Numbered from the stretch's first letter, positions 26,415 through 36,791 are shown. The stretch: DNA of 64,000 bases from an uncultured Chloroflexia bacterium (GCA_963797095.1 CAWCNY010000003.1:960001-1024000); one strand, 5' to 3'. Notes: a model not told the origin generated them from the letters alone. Program-made: numbers and translations.

Positions 26415-28565
26415 TTATGGCGGGCCGAGCGGGCTATTCGTGCTATTCGCTATGAATACTATCTTGGCTATCTGGCCGCGTGTGACGTCGTTGTTGGGGC
26501 GGAAGTATATGCCTGGGCAAGGCTCTCCCGGCCCGCCACATTGGTAGCCGTTGATGATGTCCCTCGACGCTAACCTCTCGACAAAGGGGTGAAAAGTGGC
26601 ACCGACCGGCACATCGCTGAAGGTGGCGGTAGCATGGTTTTCGGAGTAGTGGGCAGCGTTCGATGTGATCTTGGCTAGCTGCCCCCTGGTCACCGGGTTA
26701 TTGGGGAGGAAGGTACCGTCGGGATAGCCCGATACGATGCCGTTGTAGGCCGCCGTTTCTACGAATGAGTAGAAGGTGTTGGCGGGGGGCACGTCGCTGA
26801 AGGTAGGGTGCTGCGGGATGTGAAGAGTATAGTCGAAGGCAAGCACGATGATCTTGGTGACCTGCCCCCGGCTGGCGTTGCTGTACGGGCGGAATGTGCC
26901 GTCTGGGTAGCCTGAGATAACTCCCGCGCAGTAGAGATAGCGCACGCCCTCGTAAAAGTAATCGCCGGGGTGAACGTCCAGGAAGTTGACCGTGCAGGGC
27001 GTGGGCGTGATCGTTGCCTCCACCGTCGAAGTTGGTGGTGTGGCGAGTATTGTCGTCGCCGTTGCTGCCGCTGTTACGGTTGGCGTGAAAGTAGGCGTAC
27101 TCGTATCACTGTTGGTTACTGAGGTAGAGGTTGGCTGGAATATGGATGTGGAAGTGGCGGTTGGCAGCGCCTGGGTAGCACTGGCCTCAGGTAAGGGAGT
27201 GCTGGTAGGCGCGGATGTGCGAGTTGAGGTAGGGGCGGTGGCCTGGGTGGATGTGCGGGTTGGGGATGGCACAGGTTGAGTCGGCGGCGTGCTGGTGGAG
27301 GTTGGCGCGCTCGATTGGGTAGGGGTGCGGGTGTAGGTAGGTGTGCCGGTGGGGGTGTAGGTAGCAACGGGGTTTAGCCGGCCTGCGTAGGTCGGGCCGA
27401 TGGTGTAGGGGAAGACGGGCACTAATCGAGTGCCGGACACAGGCTCTCGGACGGTCAGCTGGTAGTGGTAGCCCAGTCCGTCGCCGTCGTCGATGCCGTT
27501 GTGGGGGTCGAGACAGGTGGTGCAGGTGTTGTCGTAATAGTAGTCCTGGAAGAAGATGCCGGAGGTGGCCGAGATCACGTTGCCGGACATAGTGGTTACG
27601 TTGGCGTCGGTGCGCGGGCCGGTCTGGGAAGCGGGGATAGTGCCCTGGCTGGGGTCAAGGGGGTTTCTGAGGAGGCAGTTGCGGATGTGGGCCACGCCGC
27701 AGCCGGTGGGGGAGGCGGGGTCGTCGTAGTCGCGGGTCTTCCAGCCGCTCTGGGCCAGCACGCCGGCCGCCTCCCAGGGTCCGTAGACGGGGAAGCCATC
27801 GGCGGCGAAGCCATAGACAGGGGAGTGGGCGGTGCCGGTGTCGCCCAGCATGTTAGCCAGGCAATCGGGGTAGGAATGGTGATGGTAATCGCCGTTGGCG
27901 GCATGGCCGGGGCAGATATCGAGATCGTACTGCTCGAAGGAGGGGGCGGTGTTGTACCAGACGTGCCCGTTCTGGTAAGATTGGGCGTCGGACCAGTTGT
28001 AGATGGCGACGCCGTTCACCCACAACCCGATAGCGCCGAGGGAGGTTGAGACCGCCTGGGTGGCGAGGAGGGGCTGCATTGGGAAGTTGGCCGTCCTGTT
28101 CTGGGGGTTGGGGCAGGAGGGGCCGGGAGGCCAGTAGCCGAGGGTGCAGGGCTGGTACCTGTACCCTATATCGTCGCCGAACAATACATCCTGGCCTACG
28201 GTGGCCGTGGTCTGGCCGTTGCGGAAATCGGTGGCGGCACGGGGCCTGCTGTTAAGCTCTTCGATGAGGGCCATCGTCATCGAGGTGTGATAGTTGGCGA
28301 TGCTGTGGGTTTGCACCTGCACGTAAGGCACGCCCCCTATGCTTGTTTGCGTGACCGATTGCACGTTGACAGGCGAGGAAGGCCAGTGGGGGTTGATCTC
28401 ACCTGTTGTGTTGACGATCCAGGCCGACAGGATGGGGGGATAGAGGGAGGTGCTGGCTTTAGACAGAGTGGTAGGGGAGAGGGTCAGCGTGAGGGCTGCG
28501 GCCCCGATCAAGATGAGCAGACCCCCCAACAAGAGAGGCAGGCGGTAGGTGCGCAGGGGCTTCAT
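26415..28565 (-). CDS. Secreted YHYH-domain protein with Thr/Pro linker and C-terminal SLH repeats
   Basis: Signal/TM from MKPLRT; GHAANGDYHHH, HSPVYGFAADGFPVYGP, LDPHNG...YHY; long T/P/S linker; three SLH motifs (F.DV, GY.DGTF.P, TRGQ.AKI). Confidence 0.85.
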   Translation of the reverse strand: MKPLRTYRLPLLLGGLLILIGAAALTLTLSPTTLSKASTSLYPPILSAWIVNTTGEINPHWPSSPVNVQSVTQTSIGGVPYVQVQTHSIANYHTSMTMALIEELNSRPRAATDFRNGQTTATVGQDVLFGDDIGYRYQPCTLGYWPPGPSCPNPQNRTANFPMQPLLATQAVSTSLGAIGLWVNGVAIYNWSDAQSYQNGHVWYNTAPSFEQYDLDICPGHAANGDYHHHSYPDCLANMLGDTGTAHSPVYGFAADGFPVYGPWEAAGVLAQSGWKTRDYDDPASPTGCGVAHIRNCLLRNPLDPSQGTIPASQTGPRTDANVTTMSGNVISATSGIFFQDYYYDNTCTTCLDPHNGIDDGDGLGYHYQLTVREPVSGTRLVPVFPYTIGPTYAGRLNPVATYTPTGTPTYTRTPTQSSAPTSTSTPPTQPVPSPTRTSTQATAPTSTRTSAPTSTPLPEASATQALPTATSTSIFQPTSTSVTNSDTSTPTFTPTVTAAATATTILATPPTSTVEATITPTPCTVNFLDVHPGDYFYEGVRYLYCAGVISGYPDGTFRPYSNASRGQVTKIIVLAFDYTLHIPQHPTFSDVPPANTFYSFVETAAYNGIVSGYPDGTFLPNNPVTRGQLAKITSNAAHYSENHATATFSDVPVGATFHPFVERLASRDIINGYQCGGPGEPCPGIYFRPNNDVTRGQIAKIVFIANSTNSPLGPP

Positions 28566-28719
28566 CGAATTGATCTCCCTTGAGCCGGCTGGATAGTTCC
28601 GGGCGTCTTCTGTTGCTTTTTCCGGTTCGGGTTCGAAGCGGGACAAGCAAACCATTCTTTCACCCTCGCACAGGTTGGGGGTCACCACATTTTATCGCCT
28701 GTGCCAGCTTAACAAAGAA

Positions 28720-28741
28720 TTGTTCAGAAGTTGTTCAGAAG
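28720..28741. promoter_or_regulatory. Direct repeat, candidate OmpR-family binding site
   Basis: TTGTTCAGAAG twice in tandem (11-bp period) between the divergent YHYH gene and the response regulator. Confidence 0.5.
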
Positions 28742-28847
28742 TGTTTATGATGGTGTGTATGCTCGCGCCCTGCCAGGGTCTACACGATATCTTAACAACT
28801 GCCCTCTATAATATTTGGAGAGGTCACTGGGAGCGAGGAGTACGAAC

Positions 28848-29543
28848 ATGAGCAAGACCATCCTGGTGGTTGACGACCACGCCAATGTGAGAACGCTGCT
28901 TGACGACTACCTGGGCGAGTACGGCTACAAGGTGCTGACGGCCCGCGATGGGGTGGAGGCGTTGGTTGTTGCTCGCGGCGAGAAGCCCGACCTGATCCTG
29001 CTCGATGTGATGATGCCCAACCTGGATGGGTTTGGGTTTATGCGAATCTTCCGCAAGGAACAGAGCATACCTGTGATCCTGCTCACGGCTCGGCTGGGAG
29101 AGACCGATAAGGTGCTCGGCCTGGAGTTGGGGGCTGACGACTATATAAGCAAACCCTTCGGTATGCGGGAGCTGATAGCGCGCATAAGGGCGGTGCTTCG
29201 GCGGGTGGATGCCCCGGATGAGGTGGCTCAGGCCAGGGTGTACAGGCTGGCTGGGTTGGAACTTGACCGGGGCACGCGTAATGTGATGGTGTGTGGCAAG
29301 GCTGCAAGTCTTACGCCGTCGGAGTTCGAATTGCTGGCGACCCTGATTGCTTCGCCTGGGAGGGTGTTCACGCGGGAGACGCTGCGCGAGCGATTACAAG
29401 GCCAAGAGTACGAGGGGGTAGTGAGGACAATAGATGTGCACATCCGCAATCTGCGCCGCAAGATCGAGCCTGACCCGGCCAAGCCTACGTATGTGAAGAC
29501 CGTGTTCGGCGTTGGCTACAGGTGCTGTACTGAAGACGAGTGA
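28848..29543 (+). CDS. OmpR/PhoB-family response regulator
   Basis: ILVVDD, LLDVMMP, LLTA, GADDYISKPF, LTPSEFELL, RTIDVHIRNLRRKIE, TVFGVGY; RBS AGGAG before ATG 28848. Confidence 0.96.
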   Translation: MSKTILVVDDHANVRTLLDDYLGEYGYKVLTARDGVEALVVARGEKPDLILLDVMMPNLDGFGFMRIFRKEQSIPVILLTARLGETDKVLGLELGADDYISKPFGMRELIARIRAVLRRVDAPDEVAQARVYRLAGLELDRGTRNVMVCGKAASLTPSEFELLATLIASPGRVFTRETLRERLQGQEYEGVVRTIDVHIRNLRRKIEPDPAKPTYVKTVFGVGYRCCTEDE

Positions 29544-29615
29544 CGAGTAGCGAGTAGCAGATGTTCCTGGTCCTCCGGCTACCGACTACCGACTACTGAC
29601 TACCGGCTACTGAAA
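29543..29615. repeat. Heptamer repeat tract (GAGTAGC / GACTACC family)
   Basis: GAGTAGC x2 then GGCTACC GACTACC GACTACT GACTACC GGCTACT; same family as 13210 and 17158. Confidence 0.7.
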
Positions 29616-29621
29616 CCGACT

Positions 29622-31016
29622 TTGCGATCCCTTACCGTAAAACTAATCCTGGCCTTTTTTGTCACCAGCGTGGCTGGGGTGGCGCTGGCGGCTTTGTTCA
29701 TCAGGCAGTTTGTCACGCAGGAATTCGAAGACTATGTAATCACTCAGCAGAGCGCGAGCTTTGTGGGGGATATTACCGAGTATTACGTGCAAAACGGGTC
29801 GTTGGTGGGGGTAGATGTGTGGTTACGCCAGAGGACTGGTAATCGCCTGGGCGAACCCCCGCCTCCGGGCGCGGTACCAGGTACGCTTCCTCTCCATTTC
29901 GCCCTGGCGGATACTACAGGGCATATCGTGATCCCATCGGACGATTACAGGCCGGGTGAGGCTGTGAGCGCTGACGAGATCGCCCGTGGCAGGCCGATGA
30001 GCATAGGAGGGCAACCAATAGGGACCGTGCTCGATCCGAAGCAGGGACCGCTCTTGACCCAGAGCGAGGAGCGCTACCTGGAGGGCACAGATACGGCTCT
30101 GATAATCGCAGCGGCGATCACGGTCGCTGTGGCGTTGGGGTTGGGGGTGCTGGTGGCGCGGCTGGTGACACGCCCGGTGCGCGAATTGACAGCCGCCACT
30201 CAAAAGATCGCCGCCGGGGACCTCGAACAGCGCGTGCCCGTGAGATCGCGGGACGAATTGGGCCTGCTGACCATGCAATTCAACAGCATGAGCAGAGACC
30301 TTAACAGGGCCACCCAACTGCGCCGCCAGATTACCGCCGACATTGCCCATGACCTGCGCACACCCCTCAGCGTAATTTCGGGCTACCTTGAGGCTCTGCG
30401 CAACGGCGACCTGGAGCCGACGCCCAAACGCTTCGCCACGCTGCATGATGAAGTGCAGTCGTTGTTGAGGTTGGTGGAAGACCTGCATACGCTGTCGCTG
30501 GCGGATGCGGGCGAGCTATCGCTGGACCGCCAGCCCGTGGTGCCCGGCCGGATACTCGCGAGGGTGGCGGAGACCTTCCGCCACAAAGCCGAGCAGAAAG
30601 GTATTCGGTTGAGCGTGGAGACGGGAGGCGAGGGCGTACCTCAGATATGCGTGGACGCCGAGCGGGTGGCCCGCGCCCTGAGCAATCTCGTCAGCAATGC
30701 TCTGCGCTACACCCCGCCGGGCGGCTCGATCAGCCTTATTGTGCGTGGAGGGGCGGACCCCAGGTGGGCGGAGTTGATTGTATTCGATACAGGGTCTGGG
30801 ATCGCTCCTGAGGATCTGCCGAACGTGTTCGAGAGGTTCTATCGAGCGGACAGCGCCCGCCAGTCCGACAGCGGCGAGTCGGGCCTGGGATTGGCGATAG
30901 TCAAGTCGGTGGCGGAGGCGCACGGCGGGCAAATCAAGGTAGAAAGCACCCAGGGCAAGGGCACCACGTTTACGATGCGGCTACCGGCGACAGGCGGACC
31001 GGGAACCAGGAACTAG
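29622..31016 (+). CDS. HAMP-domain sensor histidine kinase (BaeS-like)
   Basis: Two TM segments, HAMP, H-box IAHDLRTPL, N-box NLVSNALRY, DTGSGI, FERFYR, GLGLAIVK. Confidence 0.95.
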   Translation: MRSLTVKLILAFFVTSVAGVALAALFIRQFVTQEFEDYVITQQSASFVGDITEYYVQNGSLVGVDVWLRQRTGNRLGEPPPPGAVPGTLPLHFALADTTGHIVIPSDDYRPGEAVSADEIARGRPMSIGGQPIGTVLDPKQGPLLTQSEERYLEGTDTALIIAAAITVAVALGLGVLVARLVTRPVRELTAATQKIAAGDLEQRVPVRSRDELGLLTMQFNSMSRDLNRATQLRRQITADIAHDLRTPLSVISGYLEALRNGDLEPTPKRFATLHDEVQSLLRLVEDLHTLSLADAGELSLDRQPVVPGRILARVAETFRHKAEQKGIRLSVETGGEGVPQICVDAERVARALSNLVSNALRYTPPGGSISLIVRGGADPRWAELIVFDTGSGIAPEDLPNVFERFYRADSARQSDSGESGLGLAIVKSVAEAHGGQIKVESTQGKGTTFTMRLPATGGPGTRN

Positions 31017-31024
31017 GAAGGGAA

Positions 31025-31657
31025 TCATTTCCGCCATAACGGGTCGGGCACTGTGAAACCGAGGTCACCCTGCCAGCTATTGCGCGCCGCTACCTCCTGG
31101 ACCGGCTTGCGAGCGCCGACGCCCCACTTGCCGATTGGGTAACCCATCGTAATGCACCCATGCATGAACCAGCCTGCATCCTTCGGCACGCCCAGGATGT
31201 CCATCACCTCGTTCGAGTGGTAGCTTTGCAGGAACCCCGTCAAGGTAGCGCCGATCCCTTCGGCGCGGGCTGCCAGCATGGCGCTCCACATGGCGGGGTA
31301 GATGCCGCTGCCGTCGCGGTTGCGACCGAATCCGATCAGGAGTAATGGTACTTCGGCAAAGTGCTGGGCCAGGTGAACCCCCGACCTCACCGTTCGCGCC
31401 AGCGCTGGATTGTTTTTCATCATCTCGATGAGGCCATCGAGTGGCGCGCCAATCATGCTCTCCATTCCCTGCACGTAGAGTGGTGCGAATTGCGCCTTGA
31501 TCTCCGCGTCATCTACCAGGACGAATCGCCACTGCTGGTCGATGTTCGGCGCGTGGATGGCAGCGTCGAGGATGCGGGCCTGCACATCGTAGGGGATGGG
31601 GTCAGGTTTCAATCGCCGCATCGAGCGGGTTGTGTACAGCGCTTCGTAGATATCCAT
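31025..31657 (-). CDS. Nitroreductase family protein
   Basis: TTRSMRRLKPDPIP, LDAAIHAP, WRFVLV, LAARAEGIGATL, MGYP. Confidence 0.88.
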   Translation of the reverse strand: MDIYEALYTTRSMRRLKPDPIPYDVQARILDAAIHAPNIDQQWRFVLVDDAEIKAQFAPLYVQGMESMIGAPLDGLIEMMKNNPALARTVRSGVHLAQHFAEVPLLLIGFGRNRDGSGIYPAMWSAMLAARAEGIGATLTGFLQSYHSNEVMDILGVPKDAGWFMHGCITMGYPIGKWGVGARKPVQEVAARNSWQGDLGFTVPDPLWRK

Positions 31658-31720
31658 TATTCTCTCCTTGTTGGCTTGTGTTGGTTTGCCTCTTTCGGTC
31701 CAACCACCTGGTATGGGTGG

Positions 31721-32712
31721 TCAAATGTCATTATGTTCCACAGTGATGACTACGTGCCCCTTTTTGTATCCTGCTTCGACATATCTGTGGGCATTCGCTA
31801 TCTGTTCCAGCGGGTAGCATCTATCTACGACCGCCCTTATCTTTTCCGCCTCAATAAGCTCTTTGAGGAAATTGTAATCTTCAGTGTATTCGGTTGCTGA
31901 CCTTGATGCCCAGGGTATGAATTTCCTGCTCCTTCTCATCGACATCCATCGCCCCAGCACTTGCTGCGACAGCACAGGGTTAGCTGAAAGGAAGCGTCCA
32001 TCAGGCGTTAACAATCGCACACTACGGGCAAACGAACTCTTGCCTACCACGTCAAAGATGAGGTCATAGGTCTAACGGCTCCTGGTGAAGTCTTGTTGCG
32101 TGTAATCAATAACCTGGTGTGCGCCAATCGAGCGCAGCATGTCCAATTTCCCTGTGCTGTCCACGCCCGTGACGACAGCCCCAAAGTAGCTGGCGATCTG
32201 CAGCGCATAAGTGCCTATGCCGCCACCCGCACCAATGATCAAGACCCTTTGTCCGCGCTGTATATTGGCTTTTCTGACCAGATAGGCTGCATCGAGGCCG
32301 CCAACAGGCAGGGTGGCGGCTTCCTCACAGGTCATATTGGAAGGTTTTATTGCCAGCACCCCGCTTCCAGGCAGACAGGCGTACTCAGCATGGGCACCCA
32401 AACGAAGACCGCACCATGCAATAATTTGGTCACCCTTCCTGAACCGTGCGACCTCCTTGCCGACCGCCTCGATTGCCCCGGCTAGCTCCTGTCCGAGAAT
32501 GACGGGTTTTGGTCTTATGCGGCCCAGATAAATCCGTAAGGGAAGCTTGAGCGCGATTGGAACTCTCAGGCCTCGAAGCTCGCATTCTCCTGATGTTATC
32601 GTCGTCGCACATATTCTTATCAGCACTTCGTTGTCCTTCGGAGCAGGTTTTGCCACCTCCTGGAGTTGAAGAACTTCGGGTGGCCCGAATTTTGTGAGGA
32701 CATTGCTTTCAA
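31721..32712 (-). pseudogene. NAD(P)-dependent MDR oxidoreductase, frameshifted paralog
   Basis: TTG start at 32712 with RBS GGAGG; frameshift after MKA (next frame VLTKFGPPEVLQLQEVAKP); second frameshift ~32075 (TRSR* then [11 protein letters not shown]); C-terminus KGHVVITV. Confidence 0.8.
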
Positions 32713-32745
32713 ACAGATGCCTCCATGTCGTTGGGCTTCGTTCTT

Positions 32746-33711
32746 CTATTCCATAGTGATGACGACTTTGCCTTTGACGCGACCTTCTCCAAGATACCGG
32801 AGCGCTTCGGGAACCTCGCTCAACGAAAACCGTCTATCAATGGCCGGGACGACTTTACCTGCTTCATAAAGCTCCGTTATATGAAGCATATCTTTCAGAT
32901 TTGGTTGAACCACGAGGACGCGTATCTTCCTGGTGGTGATTCTTCTAATCAGTGGTCCCAGGAGCAAGATCTGGAAAAGTGTGGCTACAGAACCTCCGAC
33001 GGCGTAATAACTTCCATTGGGCCTTAGCGCCCGCTTGCAGGCGAAAACCGAGCGATACGCGATAAGATCAAGTATCAGATCATACTGTTTTCCATTCCTG
33101 GCGAAGTCTTCCCTGGTGTAATCAACGACGTGGTCTGCGCCAATCGAGCGCATGAAGTCGAGCTTGGCTGTGTTATCCACTCCCGTCACCTCGGAGCTGT
33201 ACAGTCTGGCAAGCTGCACTGCAAACGAGCCTGCACCGCCACCAGCGCCGTTAATCAAAACCTTTTGCCCCGGCTGGACCTCTCCTTTATCGCGGATCCC
33301 TTGCAGGGCGATCACAGCCGCTTGCGGAATGGCCGCTACTTGCTCGAATGTCATACCGGCCGGTTTCAACGCCAGGGACCTCTCACGAGCGCAGACATAC
33401 TCGGCAAAACCACCCATCCGGCCCAGGATATCTCCGAAGACTTCATCGCCTGGCTGAAATCGCCTGGCGTTGCTGCCAACCGCCTCGATCCGCCCGGCTA
33501 TATCCGACCCGAGTATGTGGCGACGCGGCCGTAGAAGCCCTCCGATGCGGACATACGACGGCTTGCCCACCAGCCCCTCCCAGTCGGATCTATTCACAGA
33601 TACCGCCCGAATCTTGATCAGTACTTCATCGCCGGTAGGGGTAGGCTTTTCTACCTCCTGGAGCTGGAGAAGATCGGGTGAGCCGTATTTTGTGTATACA
33701 ACCGCTTTCAC
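32746..33711 (-). CDS. NAD(P)-dependent alcohol dehydrogenase / quinone oxidoreductase (MDR family, no Zn ligands evident)
   Basis: MKAVVYTKYGSPD, ILGSDIAG, GGFAEY, INGAGGGAGSFAVQLA, VVDYT, KGKVVI. Confidence 0.9.
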   Translation of the reverse strand: MKAVVYTKYGSPDLLQLQEVEKPTPTGDEVLIKIRAVSVNRSDWEGLVGKPSYVRIGGLLRPRRHILGSDIAGRIEAVGSNARRFQPGDEVFGDILGRMGGFAEYVCARERSLALKPAGMTFEQVAAIPQAAVIALQGIRDKGEVQPGQKVLINGAGGGAGSFAVQLARLYSSEVTGVDNTAKLDFMRSIGADHVVDYTREDFARNGKQYDLILDLIAYRSVFACKRALRPNGSYYAVGGSVATLFQILLLGPLIRRITTRKIRVLVVQPNLKDMLHITELYEAGKVVPAIDRRFSLSEVPEALRYLGEGRVKGKVVITME

Positions 33712-33714
33712 GAA

Positions 33715-33996
33715 TTACCTCCGGGGTTGCTTTGATTCGGGCCTTTCGGCTGGGTCGGATCTGACACGATTGACCGAGACTAAGGGCATTCCTAAATCTC
33801 GCACTTTCCTTAGCAATCCATGCAACGCAGCCTGATCGATCGCCGTGCCAGTCAGGAGAGTTTCGCCGTTGTTTTCCAGGGTGACGGTCAGGCCCTCAAA
33901 CCAGTCTGTCCATTGACTCCCCAGGTGTCCCTTGACCCTGATTTGATAGGCCGTGGGTTGGCCTGGATCCGTTTCTGTGCTGAGGTTGTTTGACAT
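33715..33996 (-). CDS. Conserved small hypothetical protein of the type found beside MalT-like regulators
   Basis: YQIRVKGHL...W.DWFEGL......T.LTG...DQAALHGLL.KVRDLG.PL.SV; start placed at MSNNL. Confidence 0.75.
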   Translation of the reverse strand: MSNNLSTETDPGQPTAYQIRVKGHLGSQWTDWFEGLTVTLENNGETLLTGTAIDQAALHGLLRKVRDLGMPLVSVNRVRSDPAERPESKQPRR

Positions 33997-34118
33997 TGGC
34001 GTACCTGTTATGACCCCGCATGACGCTCTACTACTTGCTAAATCTACAAGCAGCATAGCGTCACCATAGTGTTGGCGTACAGACACTAAAGTGTTGTTCG
34101 GGGTGTTGTTGTGTGAGG

Positions 34119-36791
34119 TTACAGCAGGCCTAACTCGCGGGCGCGTGCTATCGCTTCGGTGCGTCTCTGGACCTGTAGTTTGTCAAAGATCTTTCGATTG
34201 TGCCCTTTAACTGTGTCGAGGGCGAGGTAGAGTGTCCTGCCAATCTCCTGGTTCGAGAGACCCTGGGCGATGAGTTGGAGCACTTCTAATTCCCGCCGGC
34301 TCAATGGCTCGATGAGGGGCTGTGGAGAGGAGGCGGTGAGGGAGCCGGGTGGGTGGAGAGGAGATTCGCCTGCGCTCATCCGTTTCTCAGCTTCAAATGC
34401 TGACAGGAGCTTACCCGCATAAGCTCGCATATTCCCGCGAACGGCCGCTTCGGCCAGTAATTGAGACATTGGAGTACCTTCATCGACGAAGGTGCGGGTG
34501 AAGCCTCCAGGCTCTGCCAGGGCCAGTGCGTCACCCAGCAGTTGCACAGCCTCGCTCTTGTCGCCATGAGCATGGAGGGCGATCGCTTGCAGGATCATCA
34601 CTTTGAGGCGTTCATCCTCCCAACCCCTCGCCTCCATCTGCTCTCGTACCGGCCCCAGCACTGCCAGCGCCTCGGACGTGTTGCCCTGGGCCAGATATAC
34701 GCGGGCCTGGCTAAGAGGGAGGTGGTGCGTCTGCGCGAGATGAGCGGCCGCCGCCAGATTGCCCTGGCGAAGGAACGTCAGCACTTGTGCGGCAGCAACT
34801 TCAGGGATACGAAACACGAAATCTTGCCGGTGCGCGGACAGGTCGGCCTGGGCCAGGATAGCCGTCGCGCCGTCCACATCTCCCTGGGCCAGTTTCAGGC
34901 GGGCAAGAAATACCTCACAGACAATGAACCTGTCAATAACCTTTTCATATTGCCGCGCCAGTTGATGGGCCTGCCGCCCGTGCTCCTCGGCGGCCTCCAG
35001 GTCGTTCCACTCGTAGAGGACGCGCGCCAGGCCAAGATGGGCTTCGTAGATAATCTGAAGCGGCTGATCACCTGCCATTTGCAGGACGTGCCGGTAGGTG
35101 TCAGCCGCCTGGTAGAGCTGGTTGTCGCCCTCCTGTATATTGCCCAGGCCGATTGTCGCCAGTATGGTGGTGAAGATATCGCCGGATGCCTGGCTGATGG
35201 AGATGGCTTCGGTAAGGGCCTGGCGAGCAGCGACACGGTCTCCCTGGAGGACGTAGGCGTACCCAAGCGTCCAGTTAGCGTTAGCGCGCAAAGACCGGCT
35301 GGTGGTGGGCAGGTACTCCAGGGCGCGGCGCGACTGGTAGATCATGGTCGCTGCATCGTACCTGGTGAGAGCCAACGTAGCCCTGGCGGCGGCGATTTGT
35401 CCGACGAGGTATGAGGTCCTGTCGCCCGCCTCGGTGCCTCGCAGGGCGGCTTCAGCAGCCTGGAGTTTCTCCTCTACTCCGGTCGTACGGCCGACAACCA
35501 GCGTCAACGAGCCATACTTTACCCACAACGAGGGCCTGGCATCCATCACAGTCTTTGGCAGAGACCCCAGCCACTCCAGCATCGAGGTAACCAGGCCGCG
35601 CAGATGGAGGGGAGTGCCTCTTCCTTCAATCAGACGCTCGGCGCGCTCAACATCGTTGGCGGCAACAGCATGGTGAAAAGCTTCAATGTCCAGGCTGTTG
35701 TCCTCGTACCATTGGCTGGCGCGAATGTGCAATGCAGCCACGCTGCTCACCCCTGCGGTATCCTGTTGCAGTCGCTGCCGCAGCAGATCGGCAAAGAGAT
35801 GGTGATAGCGGTACCAGCGCCGCTCGTTGTCCAGGGGAACGATAAAGAGGTTGGCGCGTTCGAGGTATGCCAGGGTTTCTTGCCCGGAGGCAGAGGGGTC
35901 GAGTAGAACGGCGTCGCAAAGGGGGCCGCACAGGCGGTCGAGGATAGAAGTGCGCAGCAGGAACGTCTGGACGCTTTGGGGCTGCTGTTGCAGGACTTCC
36001 TCAACCAGATAGTCCATTACGAAACGATGGCTGCCGGTGAAAGATTTGATGAAGCCGGTGGCATCTTTATGCCCCTGCATCGAGATCGCGGCCAATTGCA
36101 AGCCGGCGATCCAGCCTTCGGTGTGGGTTTCCAGCGCATCGATATCCTCCGCCGAGAGGTTCAGGCCCATAGACTGGTTGAGAAATCCGGCGGCTTCAGA
36201 GGGGGTGAAGCGCAGGTCTATGACGCGCAGCTCGGTCAATTGGTCGCTGGCGCGCAGTCGCGCCAGCGGTAGCTGTGGGTCCTCCCTGGTGGCGATGACC
36301 AGGCGCATTTGTGGTGGCAGGTGCTCAAGCAAAAAGGCGAGGGCCTGGTCAACAGGTCTGGAATCAATAACGTGGTAGTCGTCAAGTACGAGGGCGAAAT
36401 CGTGCGGGATGGTGGCTATCTCATTGAGCAGGGGAGTGAGGATCGATTCGGCGGGCGGCGGTTGAGGTGGCGACGCAAGGGCCGGACGGAGCAGGCCCAA
36501 CACCCATTCTCCAATATTGGGCGCAACCGTCCGTAAAGCAACGACAAGGTAGGTCAGAAAGCGTGCAAGGTCGTTATCCCCTTCGTCCAGAGACAGCCAT
36601 GCCACCGGCAGGTCGCAACCGGCCACCCATGCGCTCACCAGGGTGGTTTTGCCGAAACCTGCCGGGGCCGAGACGAGGGTCAGCTTGTGGTGCAGCCCCT
36701 CGTTTAGCCTCTTGATCAGGCGGGGGCGAGGGACAATCTTAGGCGGAGGTGGTGGGATGTAGAGTTTAGTGGTCAAAACCGGCGTGGACAT
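34119..36791 (-). CDS. MalT-like large ATP-binding LuxR regulator (LAL/STAND)
   Basis: TKLYIP, APAGFGKTT, WLSLD, LVLDDYH, TEGWIAGLQL, WYRYHHLF, TPR region, C-terminal LuxR HTH (LSRRELEVL...GLSNQEI...TVKGH). Confidence 0.95.
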   Translation of the reverse strand: MSTPVLTTKLYIPPPPPKIVPRPRLIKRLNEGLHHKLTLVSAPAGFGKTTLVSAWVAGCDLPVAWLSLDEGDNDLARFLTYLVVALRTVAPNIGEWVLGLLRPALASPPQPPPAESILTPLLNEIATIPHDFALVLDDYHVIDSRPVDQALAFLLEHLPPQMRLVIATREDPQLPLARLRASDQLTELRVIDLRFTPSEAAGFLNQSMGLNLSAEDIDALETHTEGWIAGLQLAAISMQGHKDATGFIKSFTGSHRFVMDYLVEEVLQQQPQSVQTFLLRTSILDRLCGPLCDAVLLDPSASGQETLAYLERANLFIVPLDNERRWYRYHHLFADLLRQRLQQDTAGVSSVAALHIRASQWYEDNSLDIEAFHHAVAANDVERAERLIEGRGTPLHLRGLVTSMLEWLGSLPKTVMDARPSLWVKYGSLTLVVGRTTGVEEKLQAAEAALRGTEAGDRTSYLVGQIAAARATLALTRYDAATMIYQSRRALEYLPTTSRSLRANANWTLGYAYVLQGDRVAARQALTEAISISQASGDIFTTILATIGLGNIQEGDNQLYQAADTYRHVLQMAGDQPLQIIYEAHLGLARVLYEWNDLEAAEEHGRQAHQLARQYEKVIDRFIVCEVFLARLKLAQGDVDGATAILAQADLSAHRQDFVFRIPEVAAAQVLTFLRQGNLAAAAHLAQTHHLPLSQARVYLAQGNTSEALAVLGPVREQMEARGWEDERLKVMILQAIALHAHGDKSEAVQLLGDALALAEPGGFTRTFVDEGTPMSQLLAEAAVRGNMRAYAGKLLSAFEAEKRMSAGESPLHPPGSLTASSPQPLIEPLSRRELEVLQLIAQGLSNQEIGRTLYLALDTVKGHNRKIFDKLQVQRRTEAIARARELGLL

